Part shown: positions 1 to 9,938 of the stretch, one piece after another
Position numbering within the stretch: the first letter of the stretch is position 1
How the letters are laid out: each line of letters starts with the position of its first letter
Source: Candidatus Latescibacterota bacterium
GTDB lineage: Bacteria > Latescibacterota > UBA2968 > GCA-2709665
Reading direction: 5' to 3'
DNA length: 64,000 nucleotides
Assembly: GCA_965208835.1 (NCBI GenBank)
Contig: OZ242358.1
Coordinates: 2,912,001 to 2,976,000, forward strand
Notes under the pieces: model-generated
The model's input: the letters and a program-made list of their open reading frames with translations, nothing else
What the model was told of the DNA's origin: nothing
Databases searched by the model: none
Translations under genes and position numbers: made by a program

Positions 1-1
1 G

Positions 2-91
2 GGGCACCAATTCATCAAGTCTCAGCGCCTGGGACTGCATGGCGAAGGCGGCGCCGGCGTTACGGTGATCACGCTCGACCTGGATACCTGA
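2..91 (+). CDS. 3' end of Smr-domain protein (probably endonuclease MutS2), partial
   Basis: Frame 2 reads GHQFIKSQRLGLHGEGGAGVTVITLDLDT*; EGGxGVTV is the typical C-terminal Smr motif. Confidence 0.7.
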   Translation, partial: GHQFIKSQRLGLHGEGGAGVTVITLDLDT

Positions 92-155
92 AAGCGCGCA
101 TTCGTGCCAATCACCGCCGCACCGCCGCTGTAATCGGTTGCAAAACCGGCGCCGA

Positions 156-184
156 TTGACACCTCCGGGGGTTTCGTCTATATT
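156..184 (+). promoter_or_regulatory. sigma70-type promoter for ispG
   Basis: TTGACA-N17-TATATT just upstream of ispG. Confidence 0.7.
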
Positions 185-223
185 AGATTCCAGAGGATCC
201 AGGACCGACATTCCACCCTGAAC

Positions 224-2176
224 GTGAATCTGCCCATGCTGATTACCGACCTCCAGACCAATCCCGGGAAATACTGCAACAGTCTCACCGAATACCGCCG
301 TTACCGGACGCGGGAAGTGTCCATTGGCCCTATTCCACTCGGCGGGGACAATCCCATTCGCATCCAGTCCATGACGACAACGGACACCATGGACACGCTC
401 GCCACGGTAGAACAGTCCATCAGGATCATCGAGGCGGGGGCGGACTACGTGCGCATCACGGCGCCGAGCCGGAACGAGGCGCGCAATCTCGAGGCCATCA
501 GGAATGAACTTCGGTCACGGGGATACGTGGCCCCGTTGATCGCCGACATTCACTACACGCCCAATGCGGCAGAAATCGCCGCCCGGATTGTTGAGAAGGT
601 GAGGGTCAACCCCGGAAACTACGCGGACAAGAAGAAATTTCAGATTGTCGAATACACCGACGCGCAATACGCCGCCGAGATCGAGCGCATCCGCAAAAAG
701 TTCACGCCGCTGGTCAACATCTGCAAAGAGTACGGCACCGCAATGCGCATCGGCGCCAACCACGGTTCCCTCTCGGACCGCATCATGAGCCGGTTCGGCG
801 ATACGCCGTTGGGAATGGTCGAATCGGCATTGGAATTCACGCGTATCTGCGCCGACCTGGACTACCACGACATTGTCCTGTCCATGAAAGCCAGCAATCC
901 ACAGGTCATGATCCAGGCCTATCGGCTGCTGGTCAACCGCATGGAATCCGAGGGATTCAACTATCCGCTTCACCTGGGCGTCACCGAGGCCGGCGACGGC
1001 GAAGACGGCCGCATCAAGTCCGCCGTGGGCATCGGTGCGCTCCTTGAAGACGGTCTGGGTGACACCGTTCGCGTCTCACTGACCGAGGAGCCCGAGGCAG
1101 AGATTCCCGTCTGCATCCGTCTGGTCGAACGCTACGCGGCCAGACCCGGGCACCCACCGATTCCCGCGATCGTCCGATACCCGATCGATCCATACACCTA
1201 TACGCGGCGCCGGACCCGGCCCGTGGACCGGGTGGGCGGCGACAGTGTGCCGGTTGTGATCCTTACCCCTCACGAACCGCAGTCACCAGCCTGCCTGTCC
1301 CCCATCGGCTATCAATACGACGCCGAACTGGACAAATGGAATATCGCGGACATGGCGCCAGACTTCATCTATCTGGGCGGACGGGACATCGACTTCGGCC
1401 TTCCGGGCACGCTCGGCAAAATCCTGGACTACGATGCGTGGTGCGACCGGCGCGATGCTTCGAACGCCTATCCGCTGTTCGATCTGGCCACATTTCACGA
1501 CGCTCCATTTCGGTCCGAACGCCTGAATTTCGTACTCGCCGATCCGGATGACCTGGACCCGGACGCGCTTGATGTGCTGCGTGGGGCAGCCAACTGCGTG
1601 CTTGTCCTGCGTACGGAAAACTCCCACGCGATGCCGGACCTGCGCCGCGCCATGGCTGAGTTCCTCGAGCGTGACATCCGGATTCCCGTCGTTTTTAAAC
1701 GGGAATACGTTGGTATCGACGACGACGCGCTCATCCTTCACGGCGCTATCGATACCGGCGGCCTGCTCACCGACGGGCTCGGCGATGGTATCTGGCTGGA
1801 GTCGCCGGATTCCGAACCGTGCGACCTCAACCGTCTCGGGTTCGGTATCCTGCAGGCGACTCGCACCCGCATTTCGAAAACCGAGTATATCTCCTGCCCC
1901 TCTTGCGGCCGCACGCTCTTCGACCTGCAGGAAACCACCGCCCTGATACGCGGCCGCACCGACCACCTGAAAGGCGTCAAGATCGGCATAATGGGATGTA
2001 TCGTGAACGGTCCCGGTGAAATGGCCGACGCGGATTACGGTTACGTTGGCAGCGGGCCGGGCCGGATTACGCTCTACCGAGGCAAGGATATTGTCAAGCG
2101 CAACATCCCCACAGCCGTCGCCGTGGACGAACTGATCGATCTGATCAGGGAAGACAACCGGTGGGTGGATGCGTGA
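224..2176 (+). CDS. ispG: (E)-4-hydroxy-3-methylbut-2-enyl-diphosphate synthase, long three-domain form
   Basis: IQSMTTTDT, RIGANHGSLS, HLGVTEAG, SCPSCGRT and MGCIVNGPGE motifs; 650 aa with central insertion domain. Confidence 0.97.
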   Translation: MNLPMLITDLQTNPGKYCNSLTEYRRYRTREVSIGPIPLGGDNPIRIQSMTTTDTMDTLATVEQSIRIIEAGADYVRITAPSRNEARNLEAIRNELRSRGYVAPLIADIHYTPNAAEIAARIVEKVRVNPGNYADKKKFQIVEYTDAQYAAEIERIRKKFTPLVNICKEYGTAMRIGANHGSLSDRIMSRFGDTPLGMVESALEFTRICADLDYHDIVLSMKASNPQVMIQAYRLLVNRMESEGFNYPLHLGVTEAGDGEDGRIKSAVGIGALLEDGLGDTVRVSLTEEPEAEIPVCIRLVERYAARPGHPPIPAIVRYPIDPYTYTRRRTRPVDRVGGDSVPVVILTPHEPQSPACLSPIGYQYDAELDKWNIADMAPDFIYLGGRDIDFGLPGTLGKILDYDAWCDRRDASNAYPLFDLATFHDAPFRSERLNFVLADPDDLDPDALDVLRGAANCVLVLRTENSHAMPDLRRAMAEFLERDIRIPVVFKREYVGIDDDALILHGAIDTGGLLTDGLGDGIWLESPDSEPCDLNRLGFGILQATRTRISKTEYISCPSCGRTLFDLQETTALIRGRTDHLKGVKIGIMGCIVNGPGEMADADYGYVGSGPGRITLYRGKDIVKRNIPTAVAVDELIDLIREDNRWVDA

Positions 2177-2295
2177 ACGCGGTATGGCCCCACGCTGACG
2201 ATCCGCATTCCCTCTCGCCTGCGATCGCGCAGGATTCAGCGCGTTGACGTTCCTGCAACCCTGTCTTTGTTTTCAATCCGACTGGCTGGCCCGTC

Positions 2296-4110
2296 ATGGC
2301 CCTCATCCCTGAAGATACCGTCGAACAGGTCCGCAACTCGGTGGACATCGTCGACGTCATATCGGAATTTGTCGCGCTCAGCAAACGCGGCAAGAGCTTT
2401 CTGGGCCTGTGCCCCTTTCACGACGACCGGACGCCCTCCCTGAATGTCTCCCAGGAAAAGCAGATCTACAAGTGTTTTTCCTGCGGCGCGGGCGGAAATG
2501 CATTCAGATTCCTGATGGAACTCGAACGCATCAGTTTCGTCGAATCCGTGCGCAAGCTCGCTAACCAGGCCGGTATCGTACTGCCTGAATCCGAATCCGG
2601 GAGACCCGCGGAAAAAGACACCAACGACGAGCTGTACAGGACGGTCGAATTCGCGCAGAAATACTTCCGCCACATGCTGATGCGCCACCCGTCAGGCGCG
2701 CGCGCGCGCGATTACCTGGTCGGGCGCGGCGTGTCCGAGTCCATGATGGAAGCCTTTTCGCTGGGTTACGCCACCAATGCGTGGGACGGGTTGCTCGGCG
2801 TGGCCGGCCGACGCGGCTTCAGCGCGCAGATGCTGGCACGGGCGGGCCTGGCTGTATCGCGTGAAAACGGTGGACACTACGATCGCTTTCGCGACCGCGT
2901 GATCTTTCCCATACAATCGCACACGGGAAGGACCGTCGCTTTCGGCGCCCGCGCCCTGGATCCGGAACAACAGCCCAAATACCTGAACTCACCCGAGACT
3001 CCCGTCTATAACAAGAGCGCCACGCTTTACGGCCTCTGGAACAACCGGGAGCCCATCCGTACAACACGGTCGGCGGTGGTGGTCGAGGGATACATGGACG
3101 TCGTCGCCCTGGCACAGTTCGACGTCCGCAACGTTGTCGCCTCGTCCGGGACCGCGCTCACGACTGACCATGCGCGCCTGCTCAAGCGGTATGCGGATCT
3201 GGCCGTGCTCGTTTTCGACGGCGATGCCGCGGGAACCGCCGCGACCGTACGCGGTATAGGTGCGATGATGGCGTCCGAACTGGAGATTCGTGTCGTCACG
3301 CTGGTCGGCGGCGAGGATCCTGACAGCTTCGTGCGGCAGCGGGGTTCGGATGGCTTCAACGAACTGACCGAATCCGCGGCGCCTTTAATGGATTTTCTCT
3401 TCGAATGGGTTCGTTCGCGGGAAGATCTGTCCACGTCGGACGGCAAGACCCGCGCCGTCAGGACCGTTTCGGAGATTATCGCGCATTCAGGGGACAGCGC
3501 CCGGCGGGGCTTTCTCATCCAGGAAACCGCGCAGAAGCTGGGGATCGAGGAAGCGATTGTCATAAACGCGGTACAGCGAGCCGCCCGTTACCGGCGAAGC
3601 GGGCGCAACCCGGCCGATGAAGATGCAGATTCTCGATCGGCGTCGTTCGAGCCGGGCCCCCGAATGGAACGGGAACTCATTACGCTGATGATGACTGACG
3701 ATTCTACGGCCGATACGGTACTTGCGGAGATAGACGCCGGACACTTTACAAACGGCGTCTATAGACGTATCTCGGGGATGATCGCGGCGGCGCGTAAGGA
3801 GGGTCGGACCGCCTCCGCGGCGGCGCTGCTGGATCGTTGCGAGGACGCCGGACTGGCCGGTATCGTTTCCGCGCTGTCCATGGAAACCGGCATACTCAAT
3901 CCGGAAGGGCGGATACCGTTGCAGGACTATCTCACCCGGATGCAACTCAAAGCCCTCGACACTCGAATCGCGGCCGTGGAGACGCAACTGCGAGCGGCCG
4001 GAGGACAGACCGATCCAATGGCGTTGATGGCCGAACACAAAGATCTCACCCGCCAACGCAAAGAACTGTTCGCCGGACGTCAGGCGCAAACCGAAGTAGC
4101 GCCGCGTTGA
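2296..4110 (+). CDS. dnaG: DNA primase
   Basis: CPFH...CFSC zinc finger, KYLNSPET, EGYMDV TOPRIM, FDGDAAG, EDPDS. Confidence 0.97.
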   Translation: MALIPEDTVEQVRNSVDIVDVISEFVALSKRGKSFLGLCPFHDDRTPSLNVSQEKQIYKCFSCGAGGNAFRFLMELERISFVESVRKLANQAGIVLPESESGRPAEKDTNDELYRTVEFAQKYFRHMLMRHPSGARARDYLVGRGVSESMMEAFSLGYATNAWDGLLGVAGRRGFSAQMLARAGLAVSRENGGHYDRFRDRVIFPIQSHTGRTVAFGARALDPEQQPKYLNSPETPVYNKSATLYGLWNNREPIRTTRSAVVVEGYMDVVALAQFDVRNVVASSGTALTTDHARLLKRYADLAVLVFDGDAAGTAATVRGIGAMMASELEIRVVTLVGGEDPDSFVRQRGSDGFNELTESAAPLMDFLFEWVRSREDLSTSDGKTRAVRTVSEIIAHSGDSARRGFLIQETAQKLGIEEAIVINAVQRAARYRRSGRNPADEDADSRSASFEPGPRMERELITLMMTDDSTADTVLAEIDAGHFTNGVYRRISGMIAAARKEGRTASAAALLDRCEDAGLAGIVSALSMETGILNPEGRIPLQDYLTRMQLKALDTRIAAVETQLRAAGGQTDPMALMAEHKDLTRQRKELFAGRQAQTEVAPR

Positions 4111-4160
4111 CCACAAAACGCTTGTCCTTTCGTCCATTTCTCGTAGATTTCACTGTTATC

Positions 4161-4237
4161 GGGCCCTTAGCTCAGTTGGTTAGAGCGGCGGACTCATAAT
4201 CCGTTGGTCGCAGGTTCGAGTCCTGCAGGGCCCACCA
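4161..4237 (+). tRNA. tRNA with CAU anticodon, most likely tRNA-Ile2 (lysidine-modified)
   Basis: GGGCCCT/AGGGCCC acceptor stem, encoded CCA, GTTCGAG T-loop, anticodon loop CTCATAA; resembles ileX-type rather than initiator Met (paired 1:72, no GGG/CCC anticodon stem). Confidence 0.93.
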
Positions 4238-4245
4238 GAATACAC

Positions 4246-4282
4246 AAGAGGGAGCCGAAGATTCCATCGGCTCCCTCTTTTT
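4246..4282 (+). terminator. Intrinsic terminator after the tRNA (probably bidirectional)
   Basis: AAGAGGGAGCCGA / TCGGCTCCCTCTT stem followed by a T run. Confidence 0.85.
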
Positions 4283-4440
4283 ACTTATTGGTGAATATAC
4301 CTGCGAGGCCGGGTTGTGTCATGATTGAAGTGAGCAAATTCGAGAGCTGGTGGCCAAGAAAACGAACCTGGACATCAGCGGGCAAGCGGTCATGAGACGA
4401 ATCGTGCCACGTGAGAATCCCCAGTAACCCGAGTGTTGTC

Positions 4441-5334
4441 TCAATGGGCATTTCCAGTCGGTTTCTCATTCTTGCGCACAAGCAAATAGACGACCATAGC
4501 GATAATATTGCCCAACAAACCGAACAATCCCCACGCCACGGCTCTCTCGTTTCTTTTCTGGGCATCCAGGGCCATCCACGCGGGGACAGTGAGCCAAAAG
4601 AGGATCAAGCTGCCTGTCAAAAACACGGCGACGGTTATATTTCTCACCGGTCTGATGTTTTCGAGTCTATCTACAGTAGCATCCCCAAGCTTGAATTGTG
4701 GACGCGAAGCAGCCGCGGCAATCAAGCCATCCTTGACGCGGGTTATGATCACGGGCCTCTTGGATGCAAGACGAAGATTAGGATCGGCGGAAATGATTAG
4801 GTGTTTCGGAATCTTGTCTCGGGATTGGCTGAAATTGGAAGTCCAGCTTTCGACGGAACCACCAATTATCGCAGGTAACAGGATGGCGGTCCGCTGTATC
4901 GGTGACAGCAAGCCATCGGGCACGGTCTCCAGAAGATCAGTCAGAGTACCGAGAGGAAAATCTGCGACATTGCGTATCGGGGGATTGTACCGACCGTAAT
5001 ACACAATGAGGCCGTGGGCATTGGTCACCCATACCTCTCCAATAGCTTTTTCTATGGCTACCGCTTCACTCAAGGCCCTTTGAGTTTCCTGGTTGCCATC
5101 GATCGTGTCTATAATCCCCACAATCCGCTCTAAGGCGGCTCTGGCCTCATCCGCTCTTTCCCGCTCCTCTTCCCGGAAGCGGTGGCGCAATTGTTCCCTG
5201 TGCTTCAATTCTGCAGTTTTCCTTGGCACTACGTAAAACTCAAGAAACACAATGGAGGAAAGAACAAGCAGAAAGCTAACGACGGCCAATCTGGGCAGCC
5301 ATTTGTGCAATGCGTCTTTCAGCCGCTCATTCAT
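4441..5334 (-). CDS. Membrane protein with extracytoplasmic domain and C-terminal PLDc_N-like TM hairpin
   Basis: N-terminal TM, soluble loop, C-terminal WMALDAQKR..W.LFGLLGNIIAMVVYLL; ATG at 5334 preceded by GGAG. Confidence 0.7.
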   Translation of the reverse strand: MNERLKDALHKWLPRLAVVSFLLVLSSIVFLEFYVVPRKTAELKHREQLRHRFREEERERADEARAALERIVGIIDTIDGNQETQRALSEAVAIEKAIGEVWVTNAHGLIVYYGRYNPPIRNVADFPLGTLTDLLETVPDGLLSPIQRTAILLPAIIGGSVESWTSNFSQSRDKIPKHLIISADPNLRLASKRPVIITRVKDGLIAAAASRPQFKLGDATVDRLENIRPVRNITVAVFLTGSLILFWLTVPAWMALDAQKRNERAVAWGLFGLLGNIIAMVVYLLVRKNEKPTGNAH

Positions 5335-5338
5335 GAAA

Positions 5339-5677
5339 TCACTCCCTTCTTTGGCGATACAAAAGGACAATCGGGCTAACCAACAACGAAACGATGTTCA
5401 AACCGACCAAACCATATACGAACGCCAGCATGAATTGGTCAATATCGAGCCTTGTGCCTCCGGCGAAAAGCAGGGCGCACAATTCCAATGCGCATATCGC
5501 CAAGGCGATTCTGCCGTAAAGTGGGACTTGGAAACGCTCTTGAACTACCCGTCTTTCTCTTATCCAGTTCAACGCGTTAGCCAGTACGACATCATCCACT
5601 CTTTGGGGTAACTGCATGTCGGGTACAGTGCCCAACAATGCCTGGATTTCCTCGATGGTGCGGCGGTCCTGTTTCAT
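5339..5677 (-). CDS. Small two-TM protein, putative anti-sigma factor
   Basis: ATG overlaps the stop of the ECF gene (ATGA); soluble N-terminus followed by two hydrophobic helices. Confidence 0.65.
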   Translation of the reverse strand: MKQDRRTIEEIQALLGTVPDMQLPQRVDDVVLANALNWIRERRVVQERFQVPLYGRIALAICALELCALLFAGGTRLDIDQFMLAFVYGLVGLNIVSLLVSPIVLLYRQRRE

Positions 5678-6204
5678 TGGTCTCGCGCCATAAGTCGGAG
5701 TTGTCTTAAAGCGTTGTGCAAACGGCTCTTGACGGTTCCAATTGGGATGCCGACAATATTCGCCGTCTCTTCCTGCGAGCAACCGCGCAGAACGCGAAGC
5801 ACAACGACGGCGCGTAAGTGGGGGTTCAGGCCTGCCAGTAGTTGGTGCACGGTTTCCTCGTCTTCTCTCTCAAGCAACCGTTCCAGGGGATCGCACGCAG
5901 GTGGCGACGTGGCCATCTTCTCGGCCGGGATACTCATGCTCTGGCGGCGTAACTCGTCCATACAAAGGTTGTGGGCTATGGTGTATAACCAAGTCGAATA
6001 TTTGCGCCGGGGATTGAAGCGGTCGACGTTTTCCAAGACTCGTATGTAGGTCTCCTGAAACACATCCTCCGCTAAGGCCGCGTCGTGCAGTAGCCGATAA
6101 AGAAAATTGAAGAGTGACTGGCGATGGCGCGTATAGAGTTCGTCAAAAGCCTGAATATCTCCCTGGCGGAGATTCTCCATCAATGCTTCGTCGCTCCAGA
6201 CCAT
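5674..6204 (-). CDS. ECF RNA polymerase sigma-70 factor
   Basis: SDEALM, AEDVFQET, TWLYTIAHNLCMD (region 2) and GTVKSRLHNA (region 4.2). Confidence 0.95.
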   Translation of the reverse strand: MVWSDEALMENLRQGDIQAFDELYTRHRQSLFNFLYRLLHDAALAEDVFQETYIRVLENVDRFNPRRKYSTWLYTIAHNLCMDELRRQSMSIPAEKMATSPPACDPLERLLEREDEETVHQLLAGLNPHLRAVVVLRVLRGCSQEETANIVGIPIGTVKSRLHNALRQLRLMARDQ

Positions 6205-6269
6205 AGGAGAATCCAGATGAGCCTATCTTTAAGCCTCAAGGTTATGACGCCAGTCTATTTATAGATTGA

Positions 6270-6295
6270 TACGGATTGGGCCGTGATTTCGTTCA
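6270..6295 (-). promoter_or_regulatory. ECF-type (probably autoregulatory) promoter
   Basis: Minus strand reads TGAAC-N17-CGTA about 65 nt upstream of the ECF start. Confidence 0.55.
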
Positions 6296-6599
6296 CGGTG
6301 TTGATGAAAATGTGGACTGACCACTCAACGGTTCGGCTGTCCTGCAAGACCCGCAAGAGTCCACCGGTCGCAACTGATCCACAGCGTCCCGGATTCACAC
6401 TCCCACAGCAGCTGTGCTCCGGGGATCATTTTCTCCATTTGAGTTGAACCAGATTGGGAGCTGACATTCGAGGTAGGATTTCCGACTCGACCTGACGGAA
6501 GGGCAGAGCGGAACTGCTGGCGGAGCCGACCACCCTACAAACGTTTGGTCGGTTGCGGCAATTTACACAGGCAGGTCCGTCTACACTTTGCGAAACAGG

Positions 6600-6626
6600 G
6601 CAACTCTTCACCAGGACATGCGTCTA
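6600..6626 (+). promoter_or_regulatory. ECF-type promoter upstream of the serpin gene
   Basis: GCAAC-N16-CGTCTA. Confidence 0.4.
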
Positions 6627-6747
6627 ACTCATAATCACATTTTCTCGTAACGGTAAGAGAAAACCGCGTCGGCGTAATTCGACATCCACCGCGAACTCGG
6701 ACAATTCACCCGAGCACATCTTTCCACGCGAGCGCACCGAGGTTGTC

Positions 6748-8106
6748 ATGGACCAGAAAAACCTAAGATCAACAGGCACTACGCTTCGCATCCGGTCTGG
6801 AGGTTTGCTTTTAGCGTTCGTGACCGTGCTGCTGTTAACAGCACACCCCGGATGCGGAGGGAAGTCGCCGGTTGACGAGACGGAGGATGACAGGGAAGAC
6901 CAGTCGACTGAAGTGCTGCGGTCCGAAAAGGCGCGAAAGACCTCTCTGTCCGCGTCGGACGTGAAGCTGGACGATCTGGTGCGGGGAAACAGCGCGTTCG
7001 CGCTGGACCTCTACGGCACATTGCGAGAGCGGGAAGGGAACCTGTTCTATTCGCCGCACAGCATCTCCGTGGCGCTGGCCATGATGTACGCCGGCGCGAG
7101 AGGCGAGACCGCACGGCAGATGGAGGAGGTCCTTCGTTTTCAGCTTCCTCCAGATCAGCTGCACCCCGCCTTCAACGTCCTTGACCTCGCGCTTTCATCC
7201 CGCGGCGAAAACAGCGGAAGCCAGGAGCGTGGCGAATTCCGGTTGAACATCGCAAATGCCATCTGGGGACAGAAGGGTTACGCGTTCCTGCCGGACTTCC
7301 TCGACGAGCTGGCCGAGAACTATGGCGCCGGGATGCGGGCAGTAGATTTCGCAGACGATCCCGAAGCTTCGCGTACGGCCATCAACGACTGGGTCTCGGA
7401 GCGGACCGAAGACAGGATCAAGGACCTGATTCCGCAGGGTGTCATCAATCGTCTGACGCGGCTGGTACTGGCGAATGCCATCTACTTCAATGCGGCCTGG
7501 CACCTCCCGTTCGACGAGAGACGGACGTCGAGTGAACCATTCCAATTGCCAGACGGCAATCGCGTCGACGTACCGATGATGCGCCAGACGGAGACCTTCA
7601 ACTACACACTGCACGAAACGCACGAGACCCAGGCCGTGGAATTGCTTTACGCCGGCGAGGAGGCGTCGCTGATCATCCTCCTCCCGGCTAAGGGCAAATA
7701 CGACCAGTTCGAAGACGCGTTGAGCGCGGATCTCGTCAGTGAGATTTCGAAGCGAATGAGACCCATCCGCCTCAGGCTTTCCGTACCGTCCTTCGAGTTC
7801 ACGTCTGAATTCAGGTTGGCCGATACGCTCGACGGGATGGGGATGACCAACGCCTTCGACTCCGAATCAGCGGACTTTTCCGGGATGGCCGATGGGAAGG
7901 GCCTCTACCTTTCGGCGGTCGTTCACAAGGCGTTTATAAAGCTGGACGAACGGGGTACCGAGGCAGGCGCGGCCACGGGCGGGACGATCGGTGTCACCTC
8001 GTTGCCGCCGGCGTTCACGGCCGACCGGCCGTTCATCTTCCTCATAAGGGACAATGCCACGGACGCCATCCTGTTTGTCGGACGCGTGATGGATCCGCGG
8101 AAATAA
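6748..8106 (+). CDS. Serpin family protein, probably a lipoprotein
   Basis: NLFYSPHS, NAIYFNAAW, hinge ERGTEAGAATG, FTADRPFIFLIRD; hydrophobic N-terminus ending PGC. Confidence 0.95.
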   Translation: MDQKNLRSTGTTLRIRSGGLLLAFVTVLLLTAHPGCGGKSPVDETEDDREDQSTEVLRSEKARKTSLSASDVKLDDLVRGNSAFALDLYGTLREREGNLFYSPHSISVALAMMYAGARGETARQMEEVLRFQLPPDQLHPAFNVLDLALSSRGENSGSQERGEFRLNIANAIWGQKGYAFLPDFLDELAENYGAGMRAVDFADDPEASRTAINDWVSERTEDRIKDLIPQGVINRLTRLVLANAIYFNAAWHLPFDERRTSSEPFQLPDGNRVDVPMMRQTETFNYTLHETHETQAVELLYAGEEASLIILLPAKGKYDQFEDALSADLVSEISKRMRPIRLRLSVPSFEFTSEFRLADTLDGMGMTNAFDSESADFSGMADGKGLYLSAVVHKAFIKLDERGTEAGAATGGTIGVTSLPPAFTADRPFIFLIRDNATDAILFVGRVMDPRK

Positions 8107-8214
8107 TCACTGCGTCCCTGGCCAATGCGGAGACGCCGCTGAGAAACCGTACGCCGCCGGGCGTTCGGTTTCTTTTATTCGGTCTTGCCGACTTTGGAGT
8201 AAGAAGAGGTCCCT

Positions 8215-8592
8215 TCAGGCGGGATCGGACTCACGTTGAAAGAGCTGCAGGAGCACGTCATTCGGGCCGTTGAAGAAGCTCAGGCGGATATCCGTACCTT
8301 CCGCGTCGAACGGCTCCACGGCGATATCCACGCCGGCGCCCTTGAGCTCGCCGGCGCTTTCGTCGACATTGCCAACCTTGAACGAGATGTGATGGAAGCC
8401 CACGTCAGCCTGCATGGTCTTCTGCGGCATCAGCTCCAAGATCATGTCGCCGGCCTTGAGAAAGACGAAATCCTCATCGTCTTCATTCGGGAAGCGTTCG
8501 AGTTCGGTCAGGCCCAGCGTCTCCGTATAGAAGCGTACGGCGCCTTCGATATCGTCGCTGACGAGGGCGATCTTGTGAATGTTGTTGATCAT
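8215..8592 (-). CDS. VOC/glyoxalase family protein
   Basis: AVRFYTETLGL, LELM, FHHISFKV, FFNGPNDVLLQL. Confidence 0.85.
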   Translation of the reverse strand: MINNIHKIALVSDDIEGAVRFYTETLGLTELERFPNEDDEDFVFLKAGDMILELMPQKTMQADVGFHHISFKVGNVDESAGELKGAGVDIAVEPFDAEGTDIRLSFFNGPNDVLLQLFQRESDPA

Positions 8593-8672
8593 TTCGTTCT
8601 CCTGCGGTTAGGAGGATCAGGATCCAATTTATTTCGCGATATCAGAATTGGCGCTCGCACGGCCTGCCCAAC

Positions 8673-9794
8673 TCAATACAACAGTTCCCGCAGACGCGGG
8701 GTGAGCGATCCCCGCTGCGCCGGATGGTGTAGCGTCAGATCGAGGAGGTCGACGCCGTAGTTCTCTTCAAAGGCTGAGTGAATCCTCTTTTCGTGGTCTG
8801 TCATACGCTCGAGGGGCAGGTCCACCCATATCCCCTCCCTGCCTCCCGAATCTCGGACGGCCATCAACACTTCGAGATCTCTTCTGGCATTGTGCGCGCC
8901 ATATTCCAGAGCCGCTCCCTGGACCACGGCATCGTGCAGGCTGCACCAGGCCTCGGCAATGGCAATGCTGTCTTCATCGGGAAGCGCATAAGCCCTGAGC
9001 GGACTCTCCCAGACAGCCTCAGGCTTTGTGCCCACGCTGGATCGATGTATCATGCTTGTCTGCCCGGTTGCCGATGCCCCGCTGACAATCGGCAACTTTC
9101 TGTCCCCCCCATAAAGGTTCAGTTCCATTCCACGAATAGCTCCGTCCGAACCAATAACCTCCCAGTAATTCTTCCGCCGCGTGTTATGTTCGTATGTCCC
9201 GCGGATCGCTTCCGCCCAACGTATGATACCCCGCTCTCTCACTTCACCTGAGTCCGGAAAAGAACCTGAAACAGCCCTCGGTTCCGATCCGAGAATCGAC
9301 CGGATCGCGCTGATGCCGTGATATGATCCAGACGTATACGAAACGTAGAATTCCCGGACGTTTCCGATGAGTCCTTCCTCTACGATTTTCTGTTTCAATC
9401 TCTCACGAGGCCATCTACGGGCGTTCTCGGAGACTTCCAGATAAACGCCGTTATCCTCCGCGGCCTTGATCATCATGTCGGCACACGGAAGCGTGTGCGC
9501 AATAGGAGTCTCGGAAAGGATGTGAACCTAGCTTTCGGCGAGCGTGCGCGCAATCGGGTGATGAAGCTCCGGCAAGGCAGCGATCAATGCGACGTCCGGC
9601 GACTCCGAATCCAGCATCGACTGAAGATCCGAATACGCCGTCGCACCCGTCTGTTCGGCGACCGCTTGTGCCTTTTCCGCGTCGATATCGCACACGCCGA
9701 CCAATCTGTACCTGTCGGAAAGGACCGGCAACACGGAGAGATGCGCCCTCGATCTCCCGCCGAGACCAATAATTGCCGCATTCAGGATCGCCAC
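8673..9794 (-). pseudogene. Gfo/Idh/MocA oxidoreductase interrupted by an in-frame TAG at 9528-9530
   Basis: ORFs 9528..9794 and 8673..9476 are in one frame; read-through gives AIIGLGGR...LAES*VHILSETPIAHTLPCADMMIKAA, matching the family H(V/I)L.EKP motif. Confidence 0.8.
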
Positions 9795-9851
9795 TCGGCC
9801 TCTTTTCTAAAGAATTCAAACTTACATGGATGGACAGGATAAGAGCCTGCT

Positions 9852-9938
9852 AGGACTTACAGGATCAAGCGGGGTTAGAAGCCAACAGCAGGATCAAAAC
9901 CGACCAGGATTTACAGGACTAAGCAGGATTAGAAACCA
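9852..9938 (+). repeat. Imperfect 33-bp direct repeat (two copies, 21-bp spacer) in a CAGGAT-rich tract
   Basis: AGGACTTACAGGATCAAGCGGGGTTAGAAGCCA versus AGGATTTACAGGACTAAGCAGGATTAGAAACCA, 27/33 identical. Confidence 0.7.

Noticed and set aside
4161-6700. Prophage or integrative element at the tRNA
   Set aside because: No integrase, phage genes or att duplication seen
9852-9938. Possible mini-CRISPR
   Set aside because: Only two degenerate repeats, a 21-bp spacer and no cas genes
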